Shown here: positions 37,901 through 49,994 of the stretch, piece after piece
Layout of the letters: each line of letters starts with the position of its first letter
Position numbering within the stretch: position 1 is the stretch's first letter
Assembly: GCA_013239625.1 (NCBI GenBank)
Contig: MU054033.1
Location: forward strand, 248,001-312,000
DNA from: Lama guanicoe
Taxonomy: Eukaryota
DNA: 64,000 bases
Direction of reading: 5' to 3'
Position numbers and translations under genes: made by a program
The notes under the pieces: generated by a model
Told to the model about the DNA's origin: nothing
Seen by the model: the letters and a program-made list of their open reading frames with translations, nothing else
Database searches by the model: none

Positions 37901-39059
37901 TGTTTCAATTGGATCACAGACATGGATGACCAGACAGGGCATCAGAATTTACTTACTTTACGAGTGTGCGATATTTATTTGGAGAAAATAAACGAGCTAC
38001 CTCACTGGGAGAAGAAAGCGAGGAGAGGAGTGTCAAACCGCAAGCTGCCAGCATTGTCTTTAGCCGTGTGCGCCCAGCCGGACACGCCCACGCCAGGGAG
38101 ATGGTCCAGGTAGTTGCAAGACTGTGATGGCTCTTCCGTGCATCTCAGGGCATCACCCTGCCTTCCACACTGATACAGTTCTGGACAAACAAGTCATTTG
38201 GGAAGGTCATACTTGCTTCTCTCCTTGAACTCGAGGTGGCACAGCCTCACGTTTGCTAGATTCCAGCGCCCAAGGCTTCAGCTTGAGGGCCCTGCTCATG
38301 CTTTGCCGCTTGCTTCCTGCGGGTCATGCCTTCAGGTCTCACAGGCTGGTGAGAACGGAGTACGGGATCCTGCGGGAAGCGTCAGTCACACTTCCCTATG
38401 CAAATAGTTTCGATGCTGTTGTCATCATGACCCTGACTTTGGGATTCTAAGTGGACCTCAGAAATGTATTACCTGACGGGACATCGGAGTTCATTTACTG
38501 TCTCGGTCCTCGTCCTAAGAAGGTACTGATGGGTGTGACGTGAAAAGTGGGGGCGACTGGTTCTGCGTCTAGCAGGACTTTGGACGCCCTCAGGTTGCTT
38601 CTCGTGGACTTAAACTGCGCATGGGCAGCTGCAGTGTCACACTTGGGATTTGCTCAGCGAACGAAGGATCCACGCTCTTGTCCTCGTGGGTGGGGTCTTA
38701 CAGCTGCGTGGAGTCTGTCCTCGGAGGTACCCGTGAGTTTCCCTCGCCTACACAGGTGGCCAGGTGTGGAGGACCAGCTCTGATGTTGTGCAGCCAGGGA
38801 AAGAGGACCCCGGGAAGGTGTTCTTCCTCTACGTCAAGTACCCTCTTTCCACGCGGAGTAATGGCTCAAAGCAGATTATAAATTGTTACGGGAGGGACAG
38901 CGGGCGGAAGCCAGCAGTGAGCAGGGGCTGCCCGGCGGGAGAGGGCCCGCCCGCTCTTGGCTCTCCTGCGGGGGCTGCGTGCCACCCCGGCAGCTGCGGT
39001 GGTCCCGTCTGCACGGCACCTGCTAGCACTGAGCCACTCCTCCCCCTTTTAGGAGATGC

Positions 39060-39262
39060 TGTACTCCTTTGCTAGGGCTGCTGGACCAAAGCACCGCGGG
39101 CAGGGGACTTAAACAACAGACGTTTATCCTCTTGCAGCCCAGGAGGCTGGAGGTCAGAGATCAAAGCGTGGCAGGGCTGGTCGCTTCTGAGAGGCCTCCC
39201 TGCTTGGCTTGCAGACGGCCGTCTTCTCCGTCTTCACGTGGTCTGCCCTCTGTGTGTGACCC
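39060..39262 (-). mobile_element. MLT1B/C-like LTR fragment
   Basis: gctagggctgc...cttaaacaacagacgtttatcctc...ggaggctggaggtcagagatcaa...ttctgagaggcctc...tggcttgcagacggccgtcttct. Confidence 0.8.
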
Positions 39263-39906
39263 GCACTGCAAACGGCACTGGTCAGGCGATTCCCACCTTC
39301 CTGGACATCCTGGCCCCGCCGTGCCCTCCGTCACCTCCCAAGCCTGAGCTGTGAGCAGAGAGAGTGTGGTCCCTGCTTTCCAGGCCACCCCGGTGACCCA
39401 GGCCACCGGGCACCGCAGCAGCCATTCTGGAGCACACAGGCTTTTGTCGGGAGTAACCCGGCAGCGGGCGCCTTGTGTTAATGCCCTGAACTCACCCACG
39501 TGGCAGCCGTCTGTGGGCTGCAGGATGTCACGTGTCACAGCTTCCTCCTCCCAGGGGGGCAGCCCCCGGGCTGATGTGAAGAACACAGCGGTCCTGGGCC
39601 TGGGGCCGGCGTCCGCCGAGGCAGGGGGGGGCTCCGAGCCTGGCTGGCTGTTTCGGCTCCTCCCGGAGAGCCGTGTGACCGTGTGTCCCAGGTAAGTAAT
39701 ACCTGGTGGAACATCTGCTTAAGCGGAAGGCGAAACCACACCTGTCAGACCGCCAGGCCCTGTGCAGTAGAGAGTAGCGGTGGGACTTTCCCGGAGACTG
39801 GTGCCGAGACACTTCGAACTTCGGGAGATCACTGTGCTCCGCACCGGGTTGTGGCGTGGGGCAGCCTCGGCTGGGCCGGTGGAAACGAACCTGCTCGGCC
39901 CGCAGA

Positions 39907-39990
39907 GGTGGGCGGGGCTCCCTCGCGTGCTGGGCGGGGTCACCTCGGGGTGGTGGGCGTGGCCCCTCGCGTGGTGGGCGGGGTCACCTC
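39907..39990. repeat. GC-rich minisatellite, ~22 bp x 4
   Basis: ggtgggcggggctccctcgcgt / gctgggcggggtcacctcggggt / ggtgggcgtggcccctcgcgt / ggtgggcggggtcacctc. Confidence 0.85.
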
Positions 39991-41182
39991 CTTCTGCTCT
40001 GTTGCAGGTGTTCATTTCAAAGGGGGAACCCCCGCTGCCGCCTCCGCTGACTGTTGCCAGGAATTAACAGCACAGCTTGGCTGATGTTTCTCCTCTCAGT
40101 GCATCTTAATTTTAGCCAAACAGCCCCAAAAGATGTGCCTGAGAGAGGCACTCATTGTCACTTACGGCTCTCGTTCCTTTAGACACTGCTTTTGGGTCGG
40201 GACCGTGTTGAAGCTGATTCCTTGTGAGGTCCCTCCCTCTCCATTAAAGGTGTGCATTAGGCCCTTGGATGTCCCAGTGGGGCCTGGGCTGTGGGCACGA
40301 GTGCTTTCAGACCCATGCCCTTTACCTTGGCCCCCTCTCCCCCACTGCCCAACAGCCTCCAGAAGCCCAGGAGGAGATGTTGCCACACACTCGTGGGTTG
40401 CTGAAGGTGAATCATGCTGCTGAGTGCCAGCAGGACTTGGTTTTGGCCCAGGACCTACCCCGTTAGTACAAGCCGCAAACAGCTCTGAGGCAGGCCTGGC
40501 TCCTCCCTTGTATACCCTCCCCCCTCACCCCCTTCCTCATCTTCCCTGCCTGTTCCTTCCGGGGCTGGATGGAGGGGTGGTCAGTGGCTTATCCAAAGGG
40601 ATTCAGAGAACTATGAAGCAAAACTGTCTCTCTGGCCAGAAGAGGGACTGGAAACGCATGCGGTTAGTTGCAAAGCAGCAGAAACAGCAGAAGGCAGAGC
40701 GGAGCTGGCGCCCAGTTCCTGCAGACAGGTCACCGAGACGGAGGGCAGGGGGACAGCCCGCAGGTCCCGGCCTAGAAGGACCCTCAGCTCGGTGCCGGTT
40801 TATAAGCAAAAGGAGGAGTTTCGTACTGGCATTCGCATTGTGCAGATTGTGTCTTTGTTTTCAGAGAATATTGACAGATAAAAAACCTGCCAGGGAGGGA
40901 GGGAAAGAAGGAAGGGAGGGAGGAAGGGCACTGTAGCCATTTGGGGACCCCAGAGGGAGTCACACCACCATGATGTCAAGAAGGTTTTGAGATTCTCTTT
41001 CAGGGCTTGTGCAGCTTCTAAGCCAGAGGGAGCCCTGAGATTCCATCGAAGAAGTGGTACTTGGCCTGTAGGTTCTTTTAAAGCAGTTGTAATTTCTGTG
41101 AATGGGCCCGAATTGAGCATCTGGGTCTCAGACCCTGTCTCTTTCGCGGCTTGGATGACACAACTATGGGCAGATGCTCAGA

Positions 41183-41345
41183 GCAGCTGGTTTTCAGGTG
41201 TGGTCCCGGGACCTGCCACTTCAGCGTAAACCGGGAACTTGCTGGAAATGCAGGTTCTCTGGTTCCGCCCTAGCCCGCCAAGAAGGAACCCCGCAGGCGG
41301 GCCCTGGAGGATTCCGATGCCCGCTCAGGTCTCAGATCCGCTGGG
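41183..41345. mobile_element. MER5A-like hAT DNA transposon
   Basis: ctggttttcaggtgtggtcccgggacc...ccgggaacttgctggaaatgcaggttctc...gattccgatgcccgctcaggtctcagatccgctg. Confidence 0.65.
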
Positions 41346-42383
41346 CCAAGGGGGTTGCCCCCCTCTGTCCAGGGACAGCCTGGAAGGTCGCAGGGGGATC
41401 TACGGCACCTCTCCTTGGCTGCCGTTGGAGTCACCCGGGGAGCTTGGCGCATCTGGGCTGCAGTCTGAGCGTGGAATATAAAAATCCCTCGTGATTGTGG
41501 TGTGGCCCCAGGGCTGAGAACCAGCGCTTCCCGGTTGTTGGTGGGGGAGCACTTCTTAAGTGATGCTGACGAAGCTGAGGTGAGAATGTGAATTGGCTCC
41601 ACGCCCCAGGCCGGTGGTCTTCCTGACTGTTTGCTGAGCTCTGCTTTCTCTGTGTGACATGCAGGAGGGTGGATGGGGGGGCGGGGAGGGGACGATGGGA
41701 GTTCAGAGGACTGACTCACCAGTTAGGCACTGAGGAGTTCTGAGAAGCAGTTCACATGCAAAACCACTTTTCATGTCTTTTCAGAGAGGAGAACATAAGC
41801 TGTCTCATTTGTCAGCATGTGCTCCACACACTTGCAAAGCGTCCTCTTGCATCCGCTCTGCGGGATCTTCCCTGTGCTGGTTATGTGATGGGGAGGGTCA
41901 CAGTAGGGGAAGGGGCTGTCCTGCGCCTGGCGACCCGAGGAAGCTCCGTCTGCGTGTGACATGTGTTACGTCCTGTATTGGGAACAGCTGGGACAGAACT
42001 CTTCCTGGAGCCCACCCACCCCACCCCCAGCATGGTGCCGCAGCACAGCTCAGCCACTCAGACTGTAACCTGTCTCCTGATTTTTAGAGCAGGAGATTTT
42101 TAGAGCAGGATTTTGTCTGGTTTCTGTTATTAGCCCTCTAAATATTCTGGCTCTGGAACAGCCCAGGTCTTACCCCCAAATTCTGTCCTTTCCATCCCTC
42201 TCCCTGGGAAACAGGTGTCTCCATTGTTGGTTTTTGTAAGCTGCTTCTTGCTCTGCCAGGCCCTGAGCCAGGTACTTAGCAAGTGATTCAGAAAGATTTG
42301 GAGGTCTGAATTCATGTGCTGGGCATGAGCAGAAATCTCCAGTTTTTTAAAGAACAGAGTTACTTTAAAAATGGTACTGTAGC

Positions 42384-43404
42384 TTTTTTTCTTTTAAATT
42401 GAAGTTTAGTTGATTTACAGTGTTGTGCTAGTTCTGGTATAGTTTCTGGTATACAGCATAGTGGTTCAGTTTATATATATGTGAAGTATATATAACATAT
42501 ATATAAGTATATATATTTATATACTTTTTCATATTCTTTTCCATTATAGATTATTACAAGATACTGAATATAGTTCCCTGTGCTGTACAGTAAGACCTTA
42601 TTGTTTATCTATCTTATATATAGTGGTTTGCATCTGCTAATCCCAAACTCCTAATTTATCCCTTCCCACCCCCTTTCCCCTTTGGTAACCAGAAGTTTGT
42701 TTTCTATGTCTGTGAGTCTGTTCCTGTTTCGTAAATAAGTTCATTTATATCTTTTTATTTTAGATTCTACATTTAAGTGGTATCATATGATATTTGTCTT
42801 TCTCTGTCTGATTTGGTTCACTTAGTATGGTAATCTCCATGTTGCTGCAAATGGCATTATTTCATTCTTTTTTATGGCTGAGTAGTATTCCATTATGTAT
42901 ACACCACATTTTCTTTATCTGGTCACCTGTCAATGGACATTTAGGCTGTTTCCATGTCTTGGCTACTGTGAATAGTGCTGCTGGGAACACTGGGGAACAT
43001 GTATCTTTTTAAATTAGAGCTGTCTCCCCAGGAGTGGGATTGCTGGATCATATGGTAAGTCTATTTTTAGTTTTTTTTTTAAGGAATCTCCATACCATTT
43101 TCCATAGTGGCTGCACCAAACTATATTCCCACCAGCAGTGTAAGAGGGTTCCCTTTTCTTGACCCCCTCTCCAGCATTTGTCATTTGTGGACTTTTTAAT
43201 GAGGGCCATTCTGACTGGTGTGAGGTGATAACATCACTGCAGTTTTGATTTACATTTCTCTGATAATTAATGATATTGAGCATCTTTTCATGTGCCTATT
43301 GGCCATCTGCATGTCTTTGCAGAAATGTCTTCTGCCCATTTTTTGATTAGGTTGTTTGTTTTTTTGTTATTGAGTTCAGTGAGCTGTTTGTATATTCTGG
43401 AAGT
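42384..43404 (-). mobile_element. ~1 kb 5'-truncated L1 (ORF2 C-terminus plus 3'UTR) with TSD
   Basis: ORF2-like peptide on the minus strand ([18 protein letters not shown]...[14 protein letters not shown]), 3'UTR and poly-T tail. TSD tactgtagctt at 42375-42385 and 43405-43415. Confidence 0.93.
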
Positions 43405-43599
43405 TACTGTAGCTTAATGTGTTTTTTCCTTTACACTTTCTCTGTTGGTGGTCTTATCATCCGAACAGCTTCAGGTAGAAGTTGGTGTAGTCTTCCATGC
43501 AGATAAATCCAGCTCCTAGGATCGGAGGCCCCACCTCTCAGCGTAGCGGTTTCCATACCAGCTGTTGAGGGAAAGACCCAGTGAAACCTCTGCAGGACC

Positions 43600-43775
43600 T
43601 TGTGTGCGTTTAGTTAAATTGCTGACTTCCTCTTTGCCTTGGTTTACCTGTCTGAAGCATGGGTATGATCATGACTACTTCATGGGGCCATTGAAGGGAA
43701 TAAAGAAGGTAATATTGTAAAATTCTTGGTGCTTTCCCTGGCACACGGTGAATCTTCAGCAAATGAGAAACTTGG
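43600..43775 (+). mobile_element. MIR SINE
   Basis: MIR core-like gccttggtttacctgtctgaagcatggg...tacttcatggggcc...tgtaaaattctt...cctggcacacggtgaatcttcagcaaatg. Confidence 0.65.
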
Positions 43776-44671
43776 TGGTTGCTTATGGGACTCGAGGAGG
43801 ATTCCTCACTTATGATGCAGCGAGGCTGTCGGTTGAAGAAGTAGATTAAATCGGGAAAACTTAAAAAATTCAATACTTCACACCTTTAGCGTTAACTCAT
43901 AATGTGCATTAATTTACTGATATTTTAACTGAGTGGAGGTTTGCTGACTGGAGGGCCACGTCAGCCTTCCCACATAACCACATCCAAAGTGCATGTTCAG
44001 TGATCTGCAGGGTTTGATCTCTTTCAAGTGAAGTAAAAGCTTCTAGATATTTTTGAACGTGCAGAATCCTAACAGATTTTCACCCTCTCTCCCCACCAGC
44101 GTTTTACAGTTGTCATGTACACAAGTACCTAATTATTTTTTAAGCAAAATTTTTTTTCCCTAACGTATTCAGCTTCGTTTTTCTAACAATTTCTTTCTCC
44201 TTGTTAGCACTTCTGTGTCATCCCATTTGGTGACCATTAACTAAGTAGCTCAGTACAGTAACATGACAACTGGCACAAACAGATTTGGGACAGCAGCTGA
44301 CCCTTGGTGGCCTAGGGCTTGGCTGGCGCAAGCAGGGGCACGGAGAGGACCAGGCACCAGCCAGGGGCGGAACGCAGGCATCCATCTGTTGGCGCCTTTT
44401 GAAAAAAAAAATGGAGAGGATGCTCTGGCGAGTCAGCCCAGGTTTGTTGGGAAACAGACATACTTCTGTCATATGATCATCATGTACAGTGATCTCACTG
44501 ACCTCCTCCAGTAGGTCTGGATGGAATTTGTCCCCCCTCTCCAAACCACCATTGCGTCTTCACCCTAATTCTGTTAATAAATCACCCCAGGTCCTTTCTC
44601 AACCCCGACACCCAGACGCTTAGTCACAGAGCAGCTGGTTCTACCATTGAAATACATATCACATGCAGATG

Positions 44672-44905
44672 TGTTTTTTTAAAATTGAAGTATGATCAGT
44701 TACAATGTGTCAATTTCTGGTGCGCAGCACAATGTCCCCGTCATGCATATACATACATATGTTTGTTTTCATATTCTTTTTCATTAAAGATTATTTTAAG
44801 ATACTGAATGTAATTCCGTGTGCTGTATAGAAGAAATTTGTTTTTTATCTATTTTTTATAGATAGTAGTTAATTTTTGCAAATCTCGAATTCCCAGATTT
44901 ATCCC
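44672..44905 (-). mobile_element. Short camelid L1 3' end
   Basis: tttttaaaattgaagtatgatcagttacaatgtgtcaatttctggtg...ttgcaaatctcgaattcccagatttatccct. Confidence 0.88.
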
Positions 44906-45216
44906 TTGTACTTTGTAACATCGAATTAAAACTGAACTCTTTACTGAAGAGATTCTCACCGGATTCTCAGCTGCCGCAGTGTCCATCCTGCGGGGTGACA
45001 CACGCTTCTCCTCAGGGTTTCTGTGCTGTGCTTCCCCGCTGGCCATATCCCAGGAGGAATGTTAGCTGAGGAGAATGTATATCTTCATCCTTCCAGGGTG
45101 GACGGTATTGATGCTGGAATGGGATTGGGATTCAGTAAACGGTGAATGGATTTCCATCATTCCATCCCTTTTCCTTCTTCACTGAGCCCACAGGGTGCTT
45201 CCTGTGGAGGTGGAAG

Positions 45217-45266
45217 GTGTGTGTGTGCGCGCGCGTGTGCGCGCATGTGTGTGTGTGTACACATGC
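45217..45266. repeat. Alternating purine-pyrimidine (GT/GC) tract
   Basis: gtgtgtgtgtgcgcgcgcgtgtgcgcgcatgtgtgtgtgtgtacacatgc. Confidence 0.9.
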
Positions 45267-46940
45267 CCTCACGTGTGCTGCTTTTCCCCGAAGCCGCACC
45301 AGAGTACATTGGCATTTCGTCCTCTGCTGCCCTCCTGGCTTGTAAGTGTCTGCATTTTGGATTTGCAGTTCTCACGCCAAGGGGGTGTGACTGTTCAGCC
45401 AGGAGGTGCAGCTTGTCTAAGCTTCTGGCTTGAGGTGAGAATAGAGTGTCATTTAGGGGCAGACGGAGGGAGGAGAGCTGAATTTGATGGAAGACGAGGG
45501 GCAGACGGGAGAAGGGGGACCTCAAGGGCGGCTCCCGCTCTGCCGCTGGCTGCCTCGGGCTGTGTTTGGACCCCTACTCGTGCACCTGGGTCCCAGGCTG
45601 GGGGGCTAATGCCGGATGAAGGGCCTCTCTGGTTTGCACCCCCTCTCCAACTCAGTGCCTGGGAGGTGGGTGGATAAAAAGCATATGTCCTGGGTGTCCA
45701 GAAACTGTTCCTGGCACCGTGCGGCCCTCTCTGTGGTGGCAGGGGGCCCCAGTGTGCTGTGTGTGACAGTGTGTGGCAGGCATGCCGAGGGAGGGATTTT
45801 CAGGGCACTGGAGAACAGGCATGTGGCTTTGGAAGACCAGAAGCCGCCTCATAGGTTGGAGTAAGTGAACATTCTTCGAGTATTACCGTGAAGCACTTTG
45901 GATAAATTAGCGCTGTTTTGCAAGGAGAAAGAGGATTAAGGGCACATACCTGATCCCTGCAGAGCATTTGGTTTAAGCCTTTAAATCATAAAAGAAAGCA
46001 AAAGGAATTTTCCCTGTGGGAGAGCAGTACTCATGGGGAGAGCTGGATAATGCAAATGAAGCTTTCAGGTGATCCAGTTAATTAAACTAGAGGGCAACAA
46101 CTCAGAAGTCGATGGCTAAAGGAATTTGACACCCCACTCTTGGGGTCCAAACCGTTGCTTTAGTTTCATCCCTGAAGATTTGCTCTTGGTGGTAGATTCC
46201 AGGACCGGGGTAGCCTGGGAACGCTGGGGGTGTCTCCGGGAGTCAGCCCTGGACAGGAGATGTGGGCGGCCTTTCCTTCCCCTCTGTGCCCAGGCCAGGA
46301 GAGAGCCTTGCCCCTCTGGGCCTCTTACCTCCTGCCAGGGGGAGCCCTCGGCCCTGGGAGGCCCCCAGTTGGGTCTCTGGTTAAGAAGAGGCTGCCAAAC
46401 AAAGGCCCCTCCCAGGGCAGCCGGGTGAGGGCAGCTGTAGGGACAGGCCTGAGCTCTGCTAAAACAGCCCCTGGGCCACGCTGACGTGTAAATCGGCCCA
46501 GTGGCTGAAATCGGGGGTCTGCAGGAAGACAAAGGAGAGAGCGGGCAGAGGGAAGGTTGACCTCAATAAGGAGGTTAGCTGTGGGCATCTCAGAATTGTC
46601 GGAAAGATGAGAAGAATTGCAGTTCGGGACACAAAGACTACAGCAAGCTGCAGGCCAGTCGGCTAAGGCTGTGTTTTAGGGCGGGGAATGTAAGGAGGGG
46701 CGAGTCCAGTTAGAATCGGTTAAAATCAAAAAACAAACAAGAGACCAGCTTGGAAGTTCCCCGAGCAGACAGAACCAGCCCGGGCAAACCAACAGAGCTC
46801 AGTTCTGCTCACTTTTCAAGACCAGCCCGACCTGGGTCACTGTCTTGTTGGTGCCTCTGGAAACCGTACGCCAGACTTCCCAGGGCTGAGGCTGTGAGAC
46901 GACCCCTGGCCAACTCCGTATCACTGAAGAAAACGCCAGT

Positions 46941-47085
46941 GGGGAGGGTGTAGCTCAGCGGTCGAGCGCGTGCCTAGCATGCACGAGGTCCTGGGTTCAA
47001 TCCCCAGTGCCTCCGGTAAAATAAATAAATTAATTAATAATAAACTTAATTACCCCCAGAAAACAAAACCAAAACCAGAAATGAA
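46941..47085 (+). mobile_element. Vic-1-like SINE, well-preserved tRNA-Ala head
   Basis: GGGGAGGGTGTAGCTCAGCGGTCGAGCGCGTGCCTAGCATGCACGAGGTCCTGGGTTCAATCCCCAGTGCCTCC plus A/T-rich tail containing cttaattacccc. Confidence 0.93.
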
Positions 47086-47584
47086 CACAACATTGTAGAT
47101 TGACTAGACTTTAATTTAAAAAAATGCCAATGTTATCAGTTGGGAAACTGATAGACCATCTCAATATAGAAATAATTACACATCCAAATATAAACACAGA
47201 AGCTACGTCAGGCATGGCTGGGCAGTCAGTCCTTTGGCTTTGTTCTCCTGGGGGCACACGTGGGAGATTTCCCACTTTATAGCCTTTGGTTCCATTTTGG
47301 GTTGAAATTCTTTGACAAGGCAAACATGGAATTAAATAAACCCCTACCACCGCGAGCACTGAGTTGGAGGCTTGTAGTGCAGTCCCCACCGCTCCCCACA
47401 CTTTCAGAGGAGGGCGCTGTTAGTGCTGTTCCCATTTCCAGATGCACACACTGAGCCACAAAGACCTCTCCTGACACCAACATGTGGAATCGAGTGTGTT
47501 TCTGATGGCGACAGCCTCCACGGGGTCACAGTCCATTAAAAACGAAATTTTTACCCAGAGAACAGATGATCCTAGACAGCGCGT

Positions 47585-48204
47585 GATGTGGATTTTGAAG
47601 CCCACTCCCTGACTCACTGAGATACTAAAGGCAATCGTGATGCAAGACTTCGGTAGTCAGAATAATTCTTGAAAGAGACTGAGGCTCCTTGGAAAGTAAT
47701 CACTTAGCTTTGTGTGCACGGCTCCAGACAGTCCTGGGTGGAGGTGAGACAGGCTGGGACTTGGGACCCTTTGCTGCAGTGCTTGCACTTGGACAGAGGT
47801 CTCCTCGAGCAACAGAATGCAAAGAAACTGCAAGGGACTGAAAACAACTGCACGCGTGTACAGTTGAGGCAAATTACGAGCAGCAAGATACAAAAAGACC
47901 AAAACCCATCTGCTACTTCTGAGGTGCTGGTAACAAAAGCAGGGTACTGTGCATGGTCCCTGCACACCACACCACCAAGGGGGTGGGCAGACCACCTAAG
48001 CCACCTCTCCAGCCCAACCCATGGGTCTGCCTCTACCTTCACCCAATTTAAGGGACCAGCTTGCCCCCTTCTCCTGTTTTGAGCAACTTGTTTCCACTCC
48101 CTTGTGCTGCAGCACAAGTCCCAGTAAAGCCTTGCCTGAATTTCTCGTCTGGCCTCTTACCAATTTCTATTGATTAAAGTGTCCAAGAACCTGGGTCGGT
48201 AACA
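47585..48204 (+). mobile_element. ERV1-class solo LTR
   Basis: The 3' end, agtaaagccttgcctgaatttc...caatttctattgattaaagtgtccaagaacctgggtcggtaaca, ends in CA and is typical of ERV1 LTR R/U5. TATA-like aatttaa at ~48045. The 5' boundary is approximate. Confidence 0.7.
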
Positions 48205-48394
48205 GGTGTACGTCCATGTTCCCGTACACGTGGCATGCGGTCCCACAGGGGACGTGTATGTAATTCCATGTGAGATCATCTGGTGCTTCTCTGCATGGAG
48301 CATCCTGCGTGAGCATCTCGCCTGCAGCCTGTCGTTTCCTTCTATGGAGTTCTCATCTAGCTTGCGTGGATTTTTTGCGGGTGCGTATGTGTGA

Positions 48395-49165
48395 TTCCAC
48401 AAACCACATGACATAAAATTTAGCACCGTAACCATTTCTGAGTGTACGGTTCAGTAGTGTTAAGTATATTCACATTGTTGTGCCACGAACCTCCAGAATT
48501 TTTCCTTTTGCACAACTGAAGCTCTGTACCCATTAGACAGCAACTCCCCTTTTGCCCTTCCCTGGCCCCTGGGAATCACCTTTCTACTTCCTGTTTCTGT
48601 GGATTTGATTACTCTACATAACTCACATGAACTGTTTGTCTTTTTTGTGACTGGTTTATTTCACTTAACGTGATGTCCTCAGGTTTATCCACGTTGTAGT
48701 GTGTGTCACAGCTTCCTTTGTAAGACTGAGTGATATCCCCTTGTATGGATATACTGCATTTTGTTTATCCATGCATCCGCTGATGGACACTTGGGCAGCT
48801 TCCCCCTCTCGGCTGTGGGTGACTAATGCTCCTGTGAACACCGGTGTTCACATACCTCTTCAAGACCCTGCTTCCGGTTATTTTGTGTAGATCCTCAGAG
48901 ATGGAATTGCTGGATCGGTGGCAATTATGTTTCCAATTTTTTGACCGCCATATTGTTTTCCACTGCAGCTGCACCATTTTACATTCCCACCAACAGGGCG
49001 CAAGGGTTCTAGTTTCTCACATCCTCGCCCAGACTTGCTTTTTCTGTTAAGTGGTATCTCACAGTTTTGCTTGCATTTCTCTCATGATCTTTTCATGTGT
49101 CTGTTGGCATTTGTATGTTCTCTTTAGAGAGATGCCTGTGTGTGCCTTTTGCCCATTTTCTGGTC
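48395..49165 (-). mobile_element. L1MB-like 3' region
   Basis: ataaaatttagcaccgtaaccatttctgagtgtacggttcagtagtgttaagtatattcacattgttgtg...tgatggacacttggg...gctgcaccattttacattcccaccaacag. Confidence 0.85.
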
Positions 49166-49839
49166 AGTTCCTTCCACTCCACGTGAGTCAGCGTCCCTGC
49201 ATGGCCCTCGAACGCCCCGTGCCTCTTCCTGGAGTGGCGTGTGGTGGCTCCCTTGCCTCTCTGGTGGTCGGGAGACCAAGAAAACCTCACATTCCTTCCA
49301 CCGGGGCTCTCCTGGCACAGGTTGCCCGCTCTGGCTGGATTCAGTCCATTCCACAAGGGCAAACGAGGGGGTGTTTCTGGCACTGTTTAATGGACGTTCT
49401 GTGAGCCCTCCCCTCTCCACTGCCCTCCCCCTCTCTTTCTCTGCCCAGCCCGGGAGTTGAAGTTGCCTGTGTTTTCACGGCCTTTGAAGAAGCTTCAGTG
49501 CAGAGAAAATACTGCCTTTACTTACATCCCTGGGCTATAAACAGCACTGCCTCTGGAAGCAGCTGCTTCTGCCCACAGGTGAGGCTGAGCAGGGGACCCA
49601 AACTCAGATGCCTGCGGGGCTGGGGGGGGCGGGATGCGCAAGCCAAGTGCACGCTCCACCTAAAACCTCCCACGTTAAGGGAACGCGCATTTGCAATGGG
49701 CTTTGTTGACCAATCAGAGGACCTGGTGACAACTGCCAGTCTTAACCTCACTTACTCCATCTTGAAAGGGCGCCCCGGGGCACAGCCCGGCTGTCCTGAA
49801 GCCAAGACCTCACCGCTCACAGCGGCCCACACACCGACA

Positions 49840-49960
49840 GCACCACATCGCCTGGGAGCTGCTAGGAATGCAACATCCTAGGCTGCACCCCACAGGGTCA
49901 GAATCTGCACTTAACAAGCTCTCTGGGTGGTTTGTGTGCTCGTTAAAGTGTGAGAGGGTT
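49840..49960. mobile_element. MER5-like DNA transposon fragment
   Basis: catcgcctgggagctgctaggaatgca...tcagaatctgcacttaacaagctctctgggtggtttgtgtgctcgttaaagtgtgag. Confidence 0.6.
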
Positions 49961-49994
49961 GGTCCAAAGGGATTACCTCAGAGGAGACACTCAC

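Noticed and set aside
39907..39990. CRISPR-like repeat array
   Set aside because: The units are contiguous with no unique spacers, there are no cas genes, and the DNA is mammalian. It is a minisatellite.
46944..47015. tRNA-Ala(AGC) gene
   Set aside because: It has a mismatched acceptor stem, no oligo-T terminator, and the SINE-specific A-rich/taattacccc tail shared with four other copies. It is a tRNA-derived SINE.
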